From: an uncultured Bacteroidota bacterium
GTDB lineage: Bacteria; Bacteroidota; Bacteroidia; UBA7662; CAMTUB01
DNA length: 64,000 nucleotides
Direction: 5' to 3'
Assembly (NCBI GenBank): GCA_947084835.1
Contig: CAMTUB010000028.1
Location: 26,227-90,226 of the forward strand
Under the pieces are notes generated by a model that was not told the DNA's origin, ran no database searches, and was given only the letters and a program-made list of their open reading frames with translations. Each line of letters starts with the position of its first letter. The first letter of the stretch is position 1. Position numbers and translations under genes: made by a program. This document shows, piece by piece, positions 47,489-57,400 of this stretch.

Positions 47489-48313
47489 ATGGATTCGAAA
47501 CTTCCTTGGCAATCGCTAAAAGAGTTTAAAGAAATAAAGTTTAGTTTTTTCGATGGCATTGCAAAAATCAGCATAAACCGCCCTGAAAAACACAACGCAT
47601 TTACCCCGCTAACGGTTAGCGAGATGATTGAATCGATGGATATTTGCCGTAACAATCCAGACATCAAAGTAATTATTCTTACAGGCGAAGGCGGAAAAGC
47701 CTTTTGTTCTGGTGGCGACCAATCGGTTCGTGGACATGGCGGCTACATTGGCGAAGACCAAGTTCCGCGGTTAAATGTGTTGGATTTGCAAATGCAAATT
47801 CGAAGAATCCATAAACCGGTTATTGCCATGGTTGCGGGCTGGGCAATTGGCGGTGGCCACGTTTTACACGTTGTTTGCGACTTAAGTATTGCAGCAGAGA
47901 ATGCTCGTTTTGGACAAACTGGCCCCAATGTTGGCAGCTTTGATGGTGGTTTTGGCGCTAGTTACTTAGCAAGAGTAGTTGGTCAGAAAAAAGCCAGAGA
48001 AATTTGGTTTTTATGCGACCAATACGATGCTCAAGAAGCACTTGAAATGGGATTAGTAAACAAAGTAGTTCCGCTAGATAAGCTTGAAGAAACAACCGTT
48101 GCTTGGTGTCGTAAAATAATGGCAAAAAGCCCAATGGCGTTGCGCATGTTAAAATCTGCATTTAATGCTGAACTGGACGGACAAGCCGGAATCCAGGAAT
48201 TAGCCGGAAATGCTACCCTGCTTTATTACTTATCGGACGAAGCAAAAGAAGGCAAAAACGCATTTTTAGAGAAGCGCACACCTAATTTTGATGCGTTTCC
48301 AAAATTCCCATAA
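47489..48313 (+). CDS. menB: 1,4-dihydroxy-2-naphthoyl-CoA synthase
   Basis: Crotonase fold with [27 protein letters not shown] and C-terminal FLEKRTPNF. Confidence 0.9.
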   Translation: MDSKLPWQSLKEFKEIKFSFFDGIAKISINRPEKHNAFTPLTVSEMIESMDICRNNPDIKVIILTGEGGKAFCSGGDQSVRGHGGYIGEDQVPRLNVLDLQMQIRRIHKPVIAMVAGWAIGGGHVLHVVCDLSIAAENARFGQTGPNVGSFDGGFGASYLARVVGQKKAREIWFLCDQYDAQEALEMGLVNKVVPLDKLEETTVAWCRKIMAKSPMALRMLKSAFNAELDGQAGIQELAGNATLLYYLSDEAKEGKNAFLEKRTPNFDAFPKFP

Positions 48314-48334
48314 ACAAAACAAAAATTAAACAAA

Positions 48335-48364
48335 AGCTGGGGTGAATACACCCCAGCTTTTTTG
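48335..48364 (+). terminator. rho-independent terminator after menB
   Basis: AGCTGGGGTGaataCACCCCAGCT followed by tttttt. Confidence 0.85.
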
Positions 48365-48390
48365 CTTTCATAGAACATCATTTAAAAACG

Positions 48391-48398
48391 TATTTTTG
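48391..48398 (+). promoter_or_regulatory. candidate -7 promoter box (TAttTTTG) for gmd-fcl
   Basis: Exact TAnnTTTG match, 23 nt upstream of the gmd ATG. Confidence 0.5.
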
Positions 48399-48421
48399 CA
48401 CCCAATTACCCCATAAGCTAC

Positions 48422-49561
48422 ATGAAAAAGGCACTAATAACCGGAATCACAGGCCAAGATGGCGCATATCTTGCAGAGTTTTTATTGAACAAAGGATATG
48501 AAGTACACGGTATAAAACGGAGAAGTTCACTGTTTAACACCGACCGTATTGACCATCTTTACCAAGATCCACACGACAAAAGCCTACGTTTTCATTTACA
48601 TTATGGCGATTTAACCGATTCTACAAACCTAATTCGTATCATTCAAGAGGTGCAACCCGATGAAATCTACAACTTAGCGGCACAAAGTCACGTAATGGTA
48701 AGCTTTGAAACGCCTGAATACACCGCCAATGCGGATGGCATTGGTGCTCTTCGTATTTTAGAGGCGATTCGTATTTTAGGTTTATCACAAAAAACTCGTT
48801 TTTATCAAGCATCAACTTCTGAGTTATATGGCTTGGTGCAAGAAGTGCCGCAAAGCGAAACAACTCCTTTTTATCCTCGCTCTCCGTATGCTGCAGCAAA
48901 AATGTACGCCTATTGGATTACCGTAAACTACCGCGAAGCATACAACATGTTTGCCGTAAATGGCATTTTATTCAATCACGAATCACCGGTTCGTGGCGAA
49001 ACTTTTGTTACACGCAAAATTACCCGCGCAGCTGCAAAAATCACTCTTGGATTGCAAGAAAAGTTGTTTTTGGGCAACCTAAACGCACAACGCGACTGGG
49101 GTCATGCTAAAGATTACGTGCGAGCCATGTGGTTGATGCTACAAGTTGATGTTCCCGAAGATTACGTTATTGCAACAGGAACAACAACCACAGTTCGCGA
49201 ATTTATCCGCTTAACGTTCGAAAATATTGGAATAGCACTTGGCTTTAAAGGCGAAGGTGAAGATGAAATCGGTTTTATCGAAAGCATCGATTCTGCTAAA
49301 TTGGCTGAACTTGGAATTGCAACTCCTTCCAACCTAAAAATCGGAACCGAAATTATTGCTATAGATAAGCGTTATTTCAGACCTACTGAAGTTGATTTGT
49401 TGATTGGAGATCCTACCAAAGCAAACACACAATTGGGCTGGATTCCTGAATACGATTTAAAAGACCTTTGTAAAGAAATGGTTTTGGCAGATTTAAAATT
49501 GATGACCAAAGATCAATATTTACGCGAAGGCGGTTACAATACGCTTAATTATTTTGAATAA
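48422..49561 (+). CDS. gmd: GDP-mannose 4,6-dehydratase
   Basis: [38 protein letters not shown] (Y-x-x-x-K), [17 protein letters not shown]. Confidence 0.95.
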   Translation: MKKALITGITGQDGAYLAEFLLNKGYEVHGIKRRSSLFNTDRIDHLYQDPHDKSLRFHLHYGDLTDSTNLIRIIQEVQPDEIYNLAAQSHVMVSFETPEYTANADGIGALRILEAIRILGLSQKTRFYQASTSELYGLVQEVPQSETTPFYPRSPYAAAKMYAYWITVNYREAYNMFAVNGILFNHESPVRGETFVTRKITRAAAKITLGLQEKLFLGNLNAQRDWGHAKDYVRAMWLMLQVDVPEDYVIATGTTTTVREFIRLTFENIGIALGFKGEGEDEIGFIESIDSAKLAELGIATPSNLKIGTEIIAIDKRYFRPTEVDLLIGDPTKANTQLGWIPEYDLKDLCKEMVLADLKLMTKDQYLREGGYNTLNYFE

Positions 49562-49562
49562 G

Positions 49563-50498
49563 ATGCAGTTAGATGCTAAAATTTACATTGCTGGACACCG
49601 CGGAATGGTGGGTTCGGCAATTGTTCGCCTTCTAACCGATTTAGGATATACCAATCTTATAACAAGCTCATCATCAGAGGTTGATTTAAGAAACCAAACT
49701 CAAGTTGCCGATTTTTTTGAAGCTGAAAAGCCAGAATACGTTTTTTTAGCAGCTGCAAAAGTGGGCGGAATTTATGCCAACAATATGTATAGGGCCGATT
49801 TTATTTACGAAAATCTGATGATACAATCCAATGTGATTCATCAATCGTATGTGAATGGCGTTAAAAAATTATTGTTTTTAGGCTCATCGTGCATTTATCC
49901 TAAAATGGCGCCTCAACCTTTAAAAGAAGAGTCGCTGTTAACTGGTTTATTAGAACCTACCAACGAACCCTACGCAATTGCAAAAATTGCAGGCATAAAA
50001 ATGTGCGATGCATACCGTGCACAATACGGATGCAATTTTACCAGCATTATGCCTACGAATTTATACGGGCCAAACGACAATTATCATCCCGAAAATTCGC
50101 ATGTTTTACCTGCGCTTATCAGACGAATTCACGAAGCAAAAGAAACCAACCAACCCGAAGTAGTTATCTGGGGAACTGGAACTCCATTACGTGAATTTTT
50201 GCACGTAGATGATATGGCGCAAGGCTGTTTGTTGGTTATGGAAAAATACGATGAAGCTGGTTTTTTAAATTGCGGTTATGGAACTGATGTTACCATCAAA
50301 GAACTTGCCGAAACCATTGCAAGCGTAATTGATTACAAAGGCAAACTTACATTTGATTCTACTAAACCAGACGGAACTCCACGCAAATTAATGAACAGTT
50401 CTAAGTTAAACCAACTTGGTTTTAAACCAGAATTTAGTTTAAGAGATGGAATTAACGATGCGTATGCAGATTTCTTGAACAGATACGTTGCTATTTAA
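49563..50498 (+). CDS. fcl: GDP-L-fucose synthase
   Basis: [30 protein letters not shown]. The ATG lies 1 nt after the gmd stop; the ORF is open from a TTG at 49554. Confidence 0.9.
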   Translation: MQLDAKIYIAGHRGMVGSAIVRLLTDLGYTNLITSSSSEVDLRNQTQVADFFEAEKPEYVFLAAAKVGGIYANNMYRADFIYENLMIQSNVIHQSYVNGVKKLLFLGSSCIYPKMAPQPLKEESLLTGLLEPTNEPYAIAKIAGIKMCDAYRAQYGCNFTSIMPTNLYGPNDNYHPENSHVLPALIRRIHEAKETNQPEVVIWGTGTPLREFLHVDDMAQGCLLVMEKYDEAGFLNCGYGTDVTIKELAETIASVIDYKGKLTFDSTKPDGTPRKLMNSSKLNQLGFKPEFSLRDGINDAYADFLNRYVAI

Positions 50499-50514
50499 TA
50501 GCCATAAATCAGTG

Positions 50515-50775
50515 ATGGAAAGTTTTTTTAACGACCCGCTAGAACATTTGCCGGTTTACAATCGTTTTCAGCTTGCGTTACGCAACGGCAGCGAAAAACC
50601 AGAAATTTGGGTGGCTTATAAAGGCCTTATTTACGATGTTTCTAAAAGCAGACTGTGGCAAAAAGGCATGCATTACGAGCATTTTGCTGGTCAAGATTTA
50701 ACTCCTGAAATGAAAGACGCACCGCACACATCAATGGTTTTCGACCGATTCGAAGTCATTGGCAAACTTAAATAA
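50515..50775 (+). CDS. cytochrome b5-like heme/steroid-binding domain protein (COG4892-like)
   Basis: WVAYKGLIYDVSKSRLWQKGMHYEHFAGQDLTPEMKDAPH. Confidence 0.6.
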   Translation: MESFFNDPLEHLPVYNRFQLALRNGSEKPEIWVAYKGLIYDVSKSRLWQKGMHYEHFAGQDLTPEMKDAPHTSMVFDRFEVIGKLK

Positions 50776-51550
50776 ACAGATTTTGAAACTTCATTTTCAA
50801 AAAATAGGCAATGGCGCCCCACTAATAATCCTCCATGGAGTGTTTGGAACTGGCGATAATTGGATCACTATTGCACGGCAGTTGGCGGATACGTATACGG
50901 TTTATTTAGTTGATCAGCGCAATCACGGAAAGTCTGTGCACCATCCTGATTTCACTTACGAAATTATGGCAAAAGATGTTATTGAGCTCATGAACGATGA
51001 AAACATACCTTCATCCAACATTCTTGGTCATTCTATGGGCGGCAAAGTTGCCATGACAATGGCTATGCTAGCCCCTGAAAAAATACAAAAATTGATTGTA
51101 GTTGATATTGCCCCGAAAGCAAATCAAATGGACGATCAATTATTTTTAATAAATGTGATGCAAAATATTCCTGTTGAAAGTTTTGAATCACGTACACAAG
51201 TCGAAAATGAGATGGCAGCATTTATATCTGATGCAGGTGTTCGTCAATTTTTACTTAAAAGCTTAGTTCGTAAAGAGGGTGGTGGATTTGAATGGCGATT
51301 TAACCTTACCGCAATGGCCTCATCCATGAATCATATTGGTGGCGATATTGAAATTGAAGGTGTTTTCTCAAATCCTACTTTATTTATCCGTGGCGAAAAA
51401 TCAGGATACATTCAGAACGCTGATATTTCCCGCATTAAAACATTGTTCCCGGCAGCACAAGTTGTAACTATTCCCGATGCAGGTCATTGGGTACATGCAG
51501 AACAACCTCAAGCTGTTATTTCACAAGTTCGTTTCTTTTTACATCAATAA
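50759..51550 (+). CDS. alpha/beta-fold hydrolase
   Basis: PLIILHGVFG oxyanion region, nucleophile elbow GHSMGG, C-terminal DAGHWVH. TTG start at 50759 or 50783. Confidence 0.8.
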   Translation: MANLNKQILKLHFQKIGNGAPLIILHGVFGTGDNWITIARQLADTYTVYLVDQRNHGKSVHHPDFTYEIMAKDVIELMNDENIPSSNILGHSMGGKVAMTMAMLAPEKIQKLIVVDIAPKANQMDDQLFLINVMQNIPVESFESRTQVENEMAAFISDAGVRQFLLKSLVRKEGGGFEWRFNLTAMASSMNHIGGDIEIEGVFSNPTLFIRGEKSGYIQNADISRIKTLFPAAQVVTIPDAGHWVHAEQPQAVISQVRFFLHQ

Positions 51551-51553
51551 CCC

Positions 51554-52966
51554 ATGGCGCGTAGAATCCCTTTTGTAGTAGAACATTTTGAATCCGTTGA
51601 AGTGATTGATGCTTCTAGCGAAGGCGAAGGTGTAGTAAAAATAGATGGTCAGGTGATTTTTGTTTCGGGAGGTGTTCCGGGCGATATTATTGACATTCGT
51701 GTAGTAAGCGGCAAACGCAATTACAAGCGCGGTTATATCGAAAAAATAGTTACTCCATCTAAAGATAGAATAGAACCAAAATGCAAACATTTTGGAACGT
51801 GTGGAGGCTGTAAGTGGCAACACATGACCTATACTGCGCAACTTAAATACAAATCAAAACAAGTATTTGACGCCCTTACACGCATTGGTGGGTTAACCCT
51901 GCCAGAAGCTGAACCGATTTTAGGGTGTATATCCGATTATCAGTTCCGTAACCGATTAGATTTTGGCATGAGCAACTGGAGTTGGATAGAATCGGATGTA
52001 TTGGCAGAATTCCCCGACAAAAAATTCGAACCTTCCATTGGATTTCACGTCCCAAAACATTGGGATAAAATTATACCGATAGATACGTGTTATTTGATGG
52101 ACGATTTGCAAAACCAAATCCGTAAATCGGTATATGAATTTTGCGTAAAAAATGAATATTCATTTTTTAATCCAAAATCTCAAGAAGGCTTTTTGCGGTC
52201 ACTGATTGTTCGTAACACAACACTTGGCGATTGGATGGTAATTTTAATGGTTACTAAATCGGATGTAGAACTCATACATCCAATCATGAAGCATCTTAAA
52301 AACGAGTTTCCACAAATTACCAGCTTAAACTATGTGGTTAACGACAAACGCAACGATACTTTTTACGATTTAGACATCGTTACTTATGCCGGAAAAACCA
52401 ACATCACAGAGGTTTTTGAAGATATAACGTACAGCATCAGCCCAAAATCATTTTTTCAAACCAACCCAGAACAAGCGCATCAGTTGTATAATTTGGTGCG
52501 TGAATACGCCAATTTACAACCCACCGATGTTGTTTACGATTTATACACAGGTACTGGAAGCATAGCGCTTTTCATTGCCAAACTTGCTAAAAAAGTAGTT
52601 GGCATTGAATATATCGATGATGCTATTAAAGATGCTAAGAAAAACGCAGCATTAAACAACATCGAAAATTGCGCTTTTTTTGCAGGCGATATGTCGAAAA
52701 TTTTGACCGAAGCTTTTGTTAATGAAAACGGAAGACCAGACATCGTGATTACCGACCCACCGCGTGCGGGAATGACACCAGACGTTATTCAAATGCTTCT
52801 GAAAATTGTACCAGAACGTATTGTATATGTCAGCTGTAACCCTGCAACCCAAGCCCGCGATTTAGCAGCGATGAAAGATGTTTACGAAGTGGTAAAATAC
52901 CGTCCCGTAGATATGTTCCCTCAAACTACACACGTTGAAAATATTGTTTTATTAAAGCGAATATGA
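51554..52966 (+). CDS. rlmD: 23S rRNA (uracil-5-)-methyltransferase RlmD/RumA family
   Basis: TRAM-like N-terminus, Fe-S cysteines CKHFGTCGGCKWQH, SAM motif DLYTGTGSIALF, DPPRAG, catalytic VYVSCNP. Confidence 0.9.
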   Translation: MARRIPFVVEHFESVEVIDASSEGEGVVKIDGQVIFVSGGVPGDIIDIRVVSGKRNYKRGYIEKIVTPSKDRIEPKCKHFGTCGGCKWQHMTYTAQLKYKSKQVFDALTRIGGLTLPEAEPILGCISDYQFRNRLDFGMSNWSWIESDVLAEFPDKKFEPSIGFHVPKHWDKIIPIDTCYLMDDLQNQIRKSVYEFCVKNEYSFFNPKSQEGFLRSLIVRNTTLGDWMVILMVTKSDVELIHPIMKHLKNEFPQITSLNYVVNDKRNDTFYDLDIVTYAGKTNITEVFEDITYSISPKSFFQTNPEQAHQLYNLVREYANLQPTDVVYDLYTGTGSIALFIAKLAKKVVGIEYIDDAIKDAKKNAALNNIENCAFFAGDMSKILTEAFVNENGRPDIVITDPPRAGMTPDVIQMLLKIVPERIVYVSCNPATQARDLAAMKDVYEVVKYRPVDMFPQTTHVENIVLLKRI

Positions 52967-53373
52967 ACGGAAATCAAAATCCAAGTACCGAAGCTTTAAC
53001 CAGCTTAGAAGCCGACTTAAAGTTCTATGCAGACTATATTCATGGCATGTCTGTAAATCTGTTAGATTCTGGCGTTTCTAAATTCCCCATTTTCGTGGCC
53101 TATCGCGATGGTGAAGCTAAAATTGGAAAGCCTATTTTGCAGCATAAAACATTGCAAACCAATTGGAGCATAAACATTTCATTGTTAGAAGAGTTTGTAA
53201 AAAACAACATCGTATTGCGCGAAAATCTAGCGGAGTTTAGAAATGCGTACAAAGACCCAGAAATATTTATGTGCGTTTTTGTAGCTGATCCATCCTTTAC
53301 AGGTTTCATTTATATGCCTTTCGATATTCCGGAAGAGGGCGAATCAGATAATTTCGAAGATTTTAACGGATAG
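52963..53373 (+). CDS. hypothetical protein (acidic C-terminus)
   Basis: 136-aa ORF whose ATG overlaps the rlmD stop (ATGA). No domain recognised. Confidence 0.5.
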   Translation: MNGNQNPSTEALTSLEADLKFYADYIHGMSVNLLDSGVSKFPIFVAYRDGEAKIGKPILQHKTLQTNWSINISLLEEFVKNNIVLRENLAEFRNAYKDPEIFMCVFVADPSFTGFIYMPFDIPEEGESDNFEDFNG

Positions 53374-53409
53374 CTTTTTCTAACCAATAGCGTTTTGTAA
53401 GTTTATCCT

Positions 53410-54411
53410 ATGCCATTTGAAAACCACTATGCTGCAATCGATTTAACTGTTTGGAACGGAAGAATTGATGACGAACACGACAGAAAGGCTTTTCGCTTAC
53501 ATCAGGTTATCCAAAAACTAGATTTAGACCATATAGATACTTTCACTTTCGAGCCAAATACTCAAAAGTTTGCCATTTTAGGATTTTGTTCTGACGAAGG
53601 TATCCGGAGAAACTTGGGAAGGGTTGGTGCCGTGCATGCTCCCGGCAGTATTCGAAAACAATTGGCTAATTTGCCCGTAACTTTTGATAATTCGGTTACC
53701 CTTTTTGATGCAGGAAACATTCATTGCTCAAACCAAGATCTTGAAAACACACAAACGGCTTTGGCTTGGGCTATTCAAAGGCTGTTAGCCCATGATGTTT
53801 TTCCATTGGTTATTGGTGGGGGTCACGAAATTGTTTGGGGACATTATCAGGGCATTTATGCGCATTTACAAATCACATCTGCTCCAAGTGTTGGCATAAT
53901 AAATTTCGATGCCCATTTCGATTTAAGACCAGTAGTTACTGAAGCAAACTCTGGTACACCCTTTTCGCAAATTGCCGTTTTTTGTGAATCCAATCAATTG
54001 GATTTTGGATACCAATGCATTGGCATTCAACAATTCGGAAACACCCAAAGTTTGTTTGACAAGGCCGATAAACTTAATGTTTCGTACTTATTTGCAAATA
54101 AATTATTGCCCGAAAACAAAGCACACTACCAGCAAACAGTAACTAATTTTATCAAAAAACATCAGCATATTTACATTACGTTAGATGCAGATGTGTTTAA
54201 TGCGGCCTACGCACCCGGAGTTTCTGCAACCCAACCTTTGGGTATCACTCCTGATTTAGTATGTGAACTTTTGGAACTAATAATACACTCTGGAAAAGTA
54301 ATTAGCTTTGATATTGCAGAGGTTTCTCCGCCTTTAGATGTAGATAATCGTACCTCAAAATTGGCGGCTTTTATGGTATATCAAATCGTGAATTTTCTGA
54401 TTGCGACATGA
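53410..54411 (+). CDS. hutG: arginase-superfamily hydrolase, most likely formimidoylglutamase
   Basis: Mn-binding motifs GGGHEIVWGH, INFDAHFDLR, ITLDADVF. The N-terminal W.GRID region is typical of HutG-like members. Confidence 0.65.
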   Translation: MPFENHYAAIDLTVWNGRIDDEHDRKAFRLHQVIQKLDLDHIDTFTFEPNTQKFAILGFCSDEGIRRNLGRVGAVHAPGSIRKQLANLPVTFDNSVTLFDAGNIHCSNQDLENTQTALAWAIQRLLAHDVFPLVIGGGHEIVWGHYQGIYAHLQITSAPSVGIINFDAHFDLRPVVTEANSGTPFSQIAVFCESNQLDFGYQCIGIQQFGNTQSLFDKADKLNVSYLFANKLLPENKAHYQQTVTNFIKKHQHIYITLDADVFNAAYAPGVSATQPLGITPDLVCELLELIIHSGKVISFDIAEVSPPLDVDNRTSKLAAFMVYQIVNFLIAT

Positions 54412-54779
54412 AGTCGATTACACGCAAAAGCGAAGTATTACAAATAACCCAAAACTGCCTTTTAATTTATCAAAACAAAGGATTTAATGCTTTTCTTATG
54501 GCTTATCATCAGGAAATTTTATCCTCTAAAATTAAGTTTCCTTTGCTAGAAGAAAGTGCAACTGCCATTTATACCTATTTGCCTGAAAACGATAGGTTGC
54601 ATTTTTGTGACGAAATTGAAAAACTGAAAACCATTGGTGCCAATGTAATTATCGGCAAAATATTACAAAAAAGACTGGGAGTAAATTTTACCGAAACCAT
54701 TGAAAAAGCAGTTCAATACATTGCCATGGCAGACGATTGGTACGTTTGCGATATTATTGGAGAGCGCGTTTTTGGGTGA
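54408..54779 (+). CDS. N-terminal fragment of an AlkD-like HEAT-repeat DNA alkylation repair protein (frameshifted)
   Basis: The ORF ends at TGA right after a T5G3 tract. The sequence continues in the next frame. Confidence 0.5.
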   Translation: MKSITRKSEVLQITQNCLLIYQNKGFNAFLMAYHQEILSSKIKFPLLEESATAIYTYLPENDRLHFCDEIEKLKTIGANVIIGKILQKRLGVNFTETIEKAVQYIAMADDWYVCDIIGERVFG

Positions 54780-55132
54780 GTTTATTAAAAAAGCCCTCTG
54801 AAACATTTAAAGTAATTGAAGAATTGATTCAGCATCCTAATTTTTGGGTAGTTCGATCAGTTGGCCCTGGTATTCACTACGCTGTAAAAAAGGGATTAGA
54901 TTCGTTTAATTGCGGGTATGCAATTCCCATTCTCTTAAAACAGTGTAAATCAAAAGAACATCATATCCAAAAAGGGATTGGTTGGGCTATAAAAACCATA
55001 GCTAAATTCCACCCCGAAAAGATAGATTTTTATAAAACAGCCATTAAAAAAGCAAATCCTTCTGTTTGGTTCAGATCCAAAATTGCCACAGGATTAAATT
55101 TACATGCATATGCCCAGAGAAATCGTAGTTAA
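54737..55132 (+). CDS. C-terminal fragment of the same AlkD-like protein
   Basis: NFWVVRSVG ... IQKGIGWAIKTIAKFHPEKIDFY resembles the W.rR / KaigWaLRe motifs of the DNA alkylation repair family. The homologous part starts near 54775. Confidence 0.5.
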   Translation: MVRLRYYWRARFWVSLLKKPSETFKVIEELIQHPNFWVVRSVGPGIHYAVKKGLDSFNCGYAIPILLKQCKSKEHHIQKGIGWAIKTIAKFHPEKIDFYKTAIKKANPSVWFRSKIATGLNLHAYAQRNRS

Positions 55133-56015
55133 ATCGATACTGAATAAAAAAAAGGCTCGAGATAGCTGGTTTTTAGACGATTACACCCTTAATTTATACA
55201 GCAGTTGTGTATACAATTGTTTGTATTGCTATATCCGTGGAAGCAAATACGGACAAAACTTAGCTGAAACCATCTCGGTAAAAACCAATGCTTTAGAAAT
55301 TCTGGAAAAGCAGTTGCATTTACGTGCCCAAAAACAGCAATTTGGGTTTATTGTATTATCCTCTGCAACAGATCCGTATCAGGATATCGATAAAAAACAC
55401 CAACTTACCCGCGATGCATTGGCACTTATTCTCAAATACAAATTTCCCGTTCATATTATCACCAAATCCGATTTAATAGCACGCGATTTTGACCTGTTGC
55501 AGCAAATTGATGCAACAGCAATTATTCCTGCTGATTTAAAATCTAAACTATATAGAGGTACTATAATCTCTTTTTCGTTTTCTACTTTAGATGCAGCCGT
55601 AGGCAAGATTTTTGAACCGGGAGCACCATCGCCAGACCAACGTTTGCAAATGTTGCAACAAACTTCAAAAACGGGCTTATTTACTGGAGTGAGCTTAATG
55701 CCACTTTTGCCATTTATCTCTGACTCATCGGCACAGCTTGTTAACTATTACAAAACATTTAAACAAGCTGGAGCGCATTACATTATGCCATCGTCTATTA
55801 CTCTATTTGGCAATGAAAAAGCCGATAGCAAAACCTTGGTTTTGCAAGCTGTAGAAAAACACTATCCCGAGTTACTGACCAAGTACTTGCGATATTTTGA
55901 AAAAAATGACGCACCACCGACAGCGTATCAAAAAGCTTTTGACGAAATTATGTTAGCATTTTCGCAAGAATTTGATGTGCCACAATCCATTTTAGCAGCT
56001 TCTTCAAAACTTTAA
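55104..56015 (+). CDS. radical SAM protein, SplB-like (COG1533, DNA repair photolyase-like)
   Basis: NLYSSCVYNCLYCYIRG contains CX3CX2C near the N-terminus. 303 aa. Confidence 0.6.
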   Translation: MHMPREIVVKSILNKKKARDSWFLDDYTLNLYSSCVYNCLYCYIRGSKYGQNLAETISVKTNALEILEKQLHLRAQKQQFGFIVLSSATDPYQDIDKKHQLTRDALALILKYKFPVHIITKSDLIARDFDLLQQIDATAIIPADLKSKLYRGTIISFSFSTLDAAVGKIFEPGAPSPDQRLQMLQQTSKTGLFTGVSLMPLLPFISDSSAQLVNYYKTFKQAGAHYIMPSSITLFGNEKADSKTLVLQAVEKHYPELLTKYLRYFEKNDAPPTAYQKAFDEIMLAFSQEFDVPQSILAASSKL

Positions 56016-56054
56016 GTTCTACCAATTTTATTTTAGTAATTTTCCAAAAAAAAC

Positions 56055-56513
56055 ATGCAGTCAACAGCACAAACCCCAGATGATTACGTAGCAAATTTGC
56101 CAGACGACAGAAAGCCAGCAATCGAAAAACTTCGTGAAACCTTCACCAAAAATCTTCCACGCGGATTCGAAGAAGAAATCAGCTACGGCATGATTGGGTA
56201 TGTTGTACCGCATCGCATTTACCCCAATGGATATCATTGCGACCCAAAATTGCCATTGCCTTTTTTAAGCATTGCATCCCAAAAAAACTTTGTTGCAGTA
56301 TATCATATGGGCATTTATGCAAACCCTGTATTGCTTGATTGGTTTGTATCAGAATATCCAAAGCATACAAAAGCAAAACTTGATATGGGCAAAAGCTGCA
56401 TTCGTTTTAAAAAAATGGATCAAATTCCATTTAATTTATTTGCTGATTTAGCTGTAAAAGTTACACCCGATCAATGGATTGAGCTTTACGAAAGTGCTTT
56501 TATAAAACGATAA
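56055..56513 (+). CDS. DUF1801 (YdhG-like) domain protein
   Basis: Size and the YGMIGY ... FVAVY ... CIRFKK pattern match this family. Confidence 0.55.
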   Translation: MQSTAQTPDDYVANLPDDRKPAIEKLRETFTKNLPRGFEEEISYGMIGYVVPHRIYPNGYHCDPKLPLPFLSIASQKNFVAVYHMGIYANPVLLDWFVSEYPKHTKAKLDMGKSCIRFKKMDQIPFNLFADLAVKVTPDQWIELYESAFIKR

Positions 56514-56516
56514 AAA

Positions 56517-57308
56517 TTATTCTGCAGCTTTTACATCTCCCCAATTTTCACCACGTTTAATACGCAATAACTGGGTTTCTGTAATATTAAAGGTCTTAGC
56601 TAATTTACGGAGTGGAATTCCTTGGTTGATTTTTTTCTTAATCAGCTTTACTTTTGACTCGGTTAATTTATACGGCTTTGTACCTTCAAATCGCTTGCCT
56701 ATTCTTGCTTTCCGCGATGCAATAACCATGGGGCTGCTCCGTTGATGAATCGTGCTTTCCTCTTTGGTCATCCATTTTAAATTCGAAAAATGGTTGTTGA
56801 GCTTGTAATAATCTAAATGGGCTACAACAGCATTTTCATCCGAAGGCTTATCAATAAAATATTCGGCTACCCAGCGGTGTATTAAAGCAGCATGATTTAT
56901 GGTACGCTTTAATTCATCTGTGTGAAAAACTTTACGGTATTTCGTTTTTAGCTTTTCTAATTCATCGCTAGCCTTAGTAAAGTGTTTTTTTATTTCGTAG
57001 AAATGAGCATTCGCTTCTAAAATCAATTTTAGTTTTTTCTTTAAAATATTAACTTCTTTAGCTTTCTGATTGATTTCTGCACGCTTCTCGTCTAAAATAA
57101 TTTCGACCTGTTTACTGCGCGATTTAAAAAACTTTAGCCTAACAATTTTATATCCGTTTATCAACGACCCATTTAAAATTCTGCCTTGTGCAATTTTTGT
57201 AAAAGAGCGTACTCTTCCAAAGTTTGAAACTTCGATTCGGATTTGATTGGTAAATGTGAAATCAAATTTCACTTCCTTCCATATTTCCCCAAAAAAGGTT
57301 TCTTCCAT
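56517..57308 (-). mobile_element. free-standing NUMOD4 / HNH_3 homing-endonuclease-like gene with C-terminal HTH
   Basis: NUMOD4 motif EIWKEV...IEVSNFGRVRSF. HNH_3-like VVAHLDYYKLNNHFSNLKWMTKEES. C-terminal HTH PLRKLAKTFNITETQLLRIKRGENW. Confidence 0.7.
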
Positions 57309-57334
57309 ACTAGTATTTGTCTATATATCAGCCA

Positions 57335-57342
57335 CAAAGTTA
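57335..57342 (-). promoter_or_regulatory. candidate -7 promoter box (TAacTTTG) for the HNH gene
   Basis: The reverse complement of caaagtta is taactttg, 26 nt upstream of the ATG at 57308. Confidence 0.45.
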
Positions 57343-57400
57343 CACATTAACAATGCTTCTCTGTTTTCCAAATGTAAAAAATAAAGTTAAATTTCATTTT

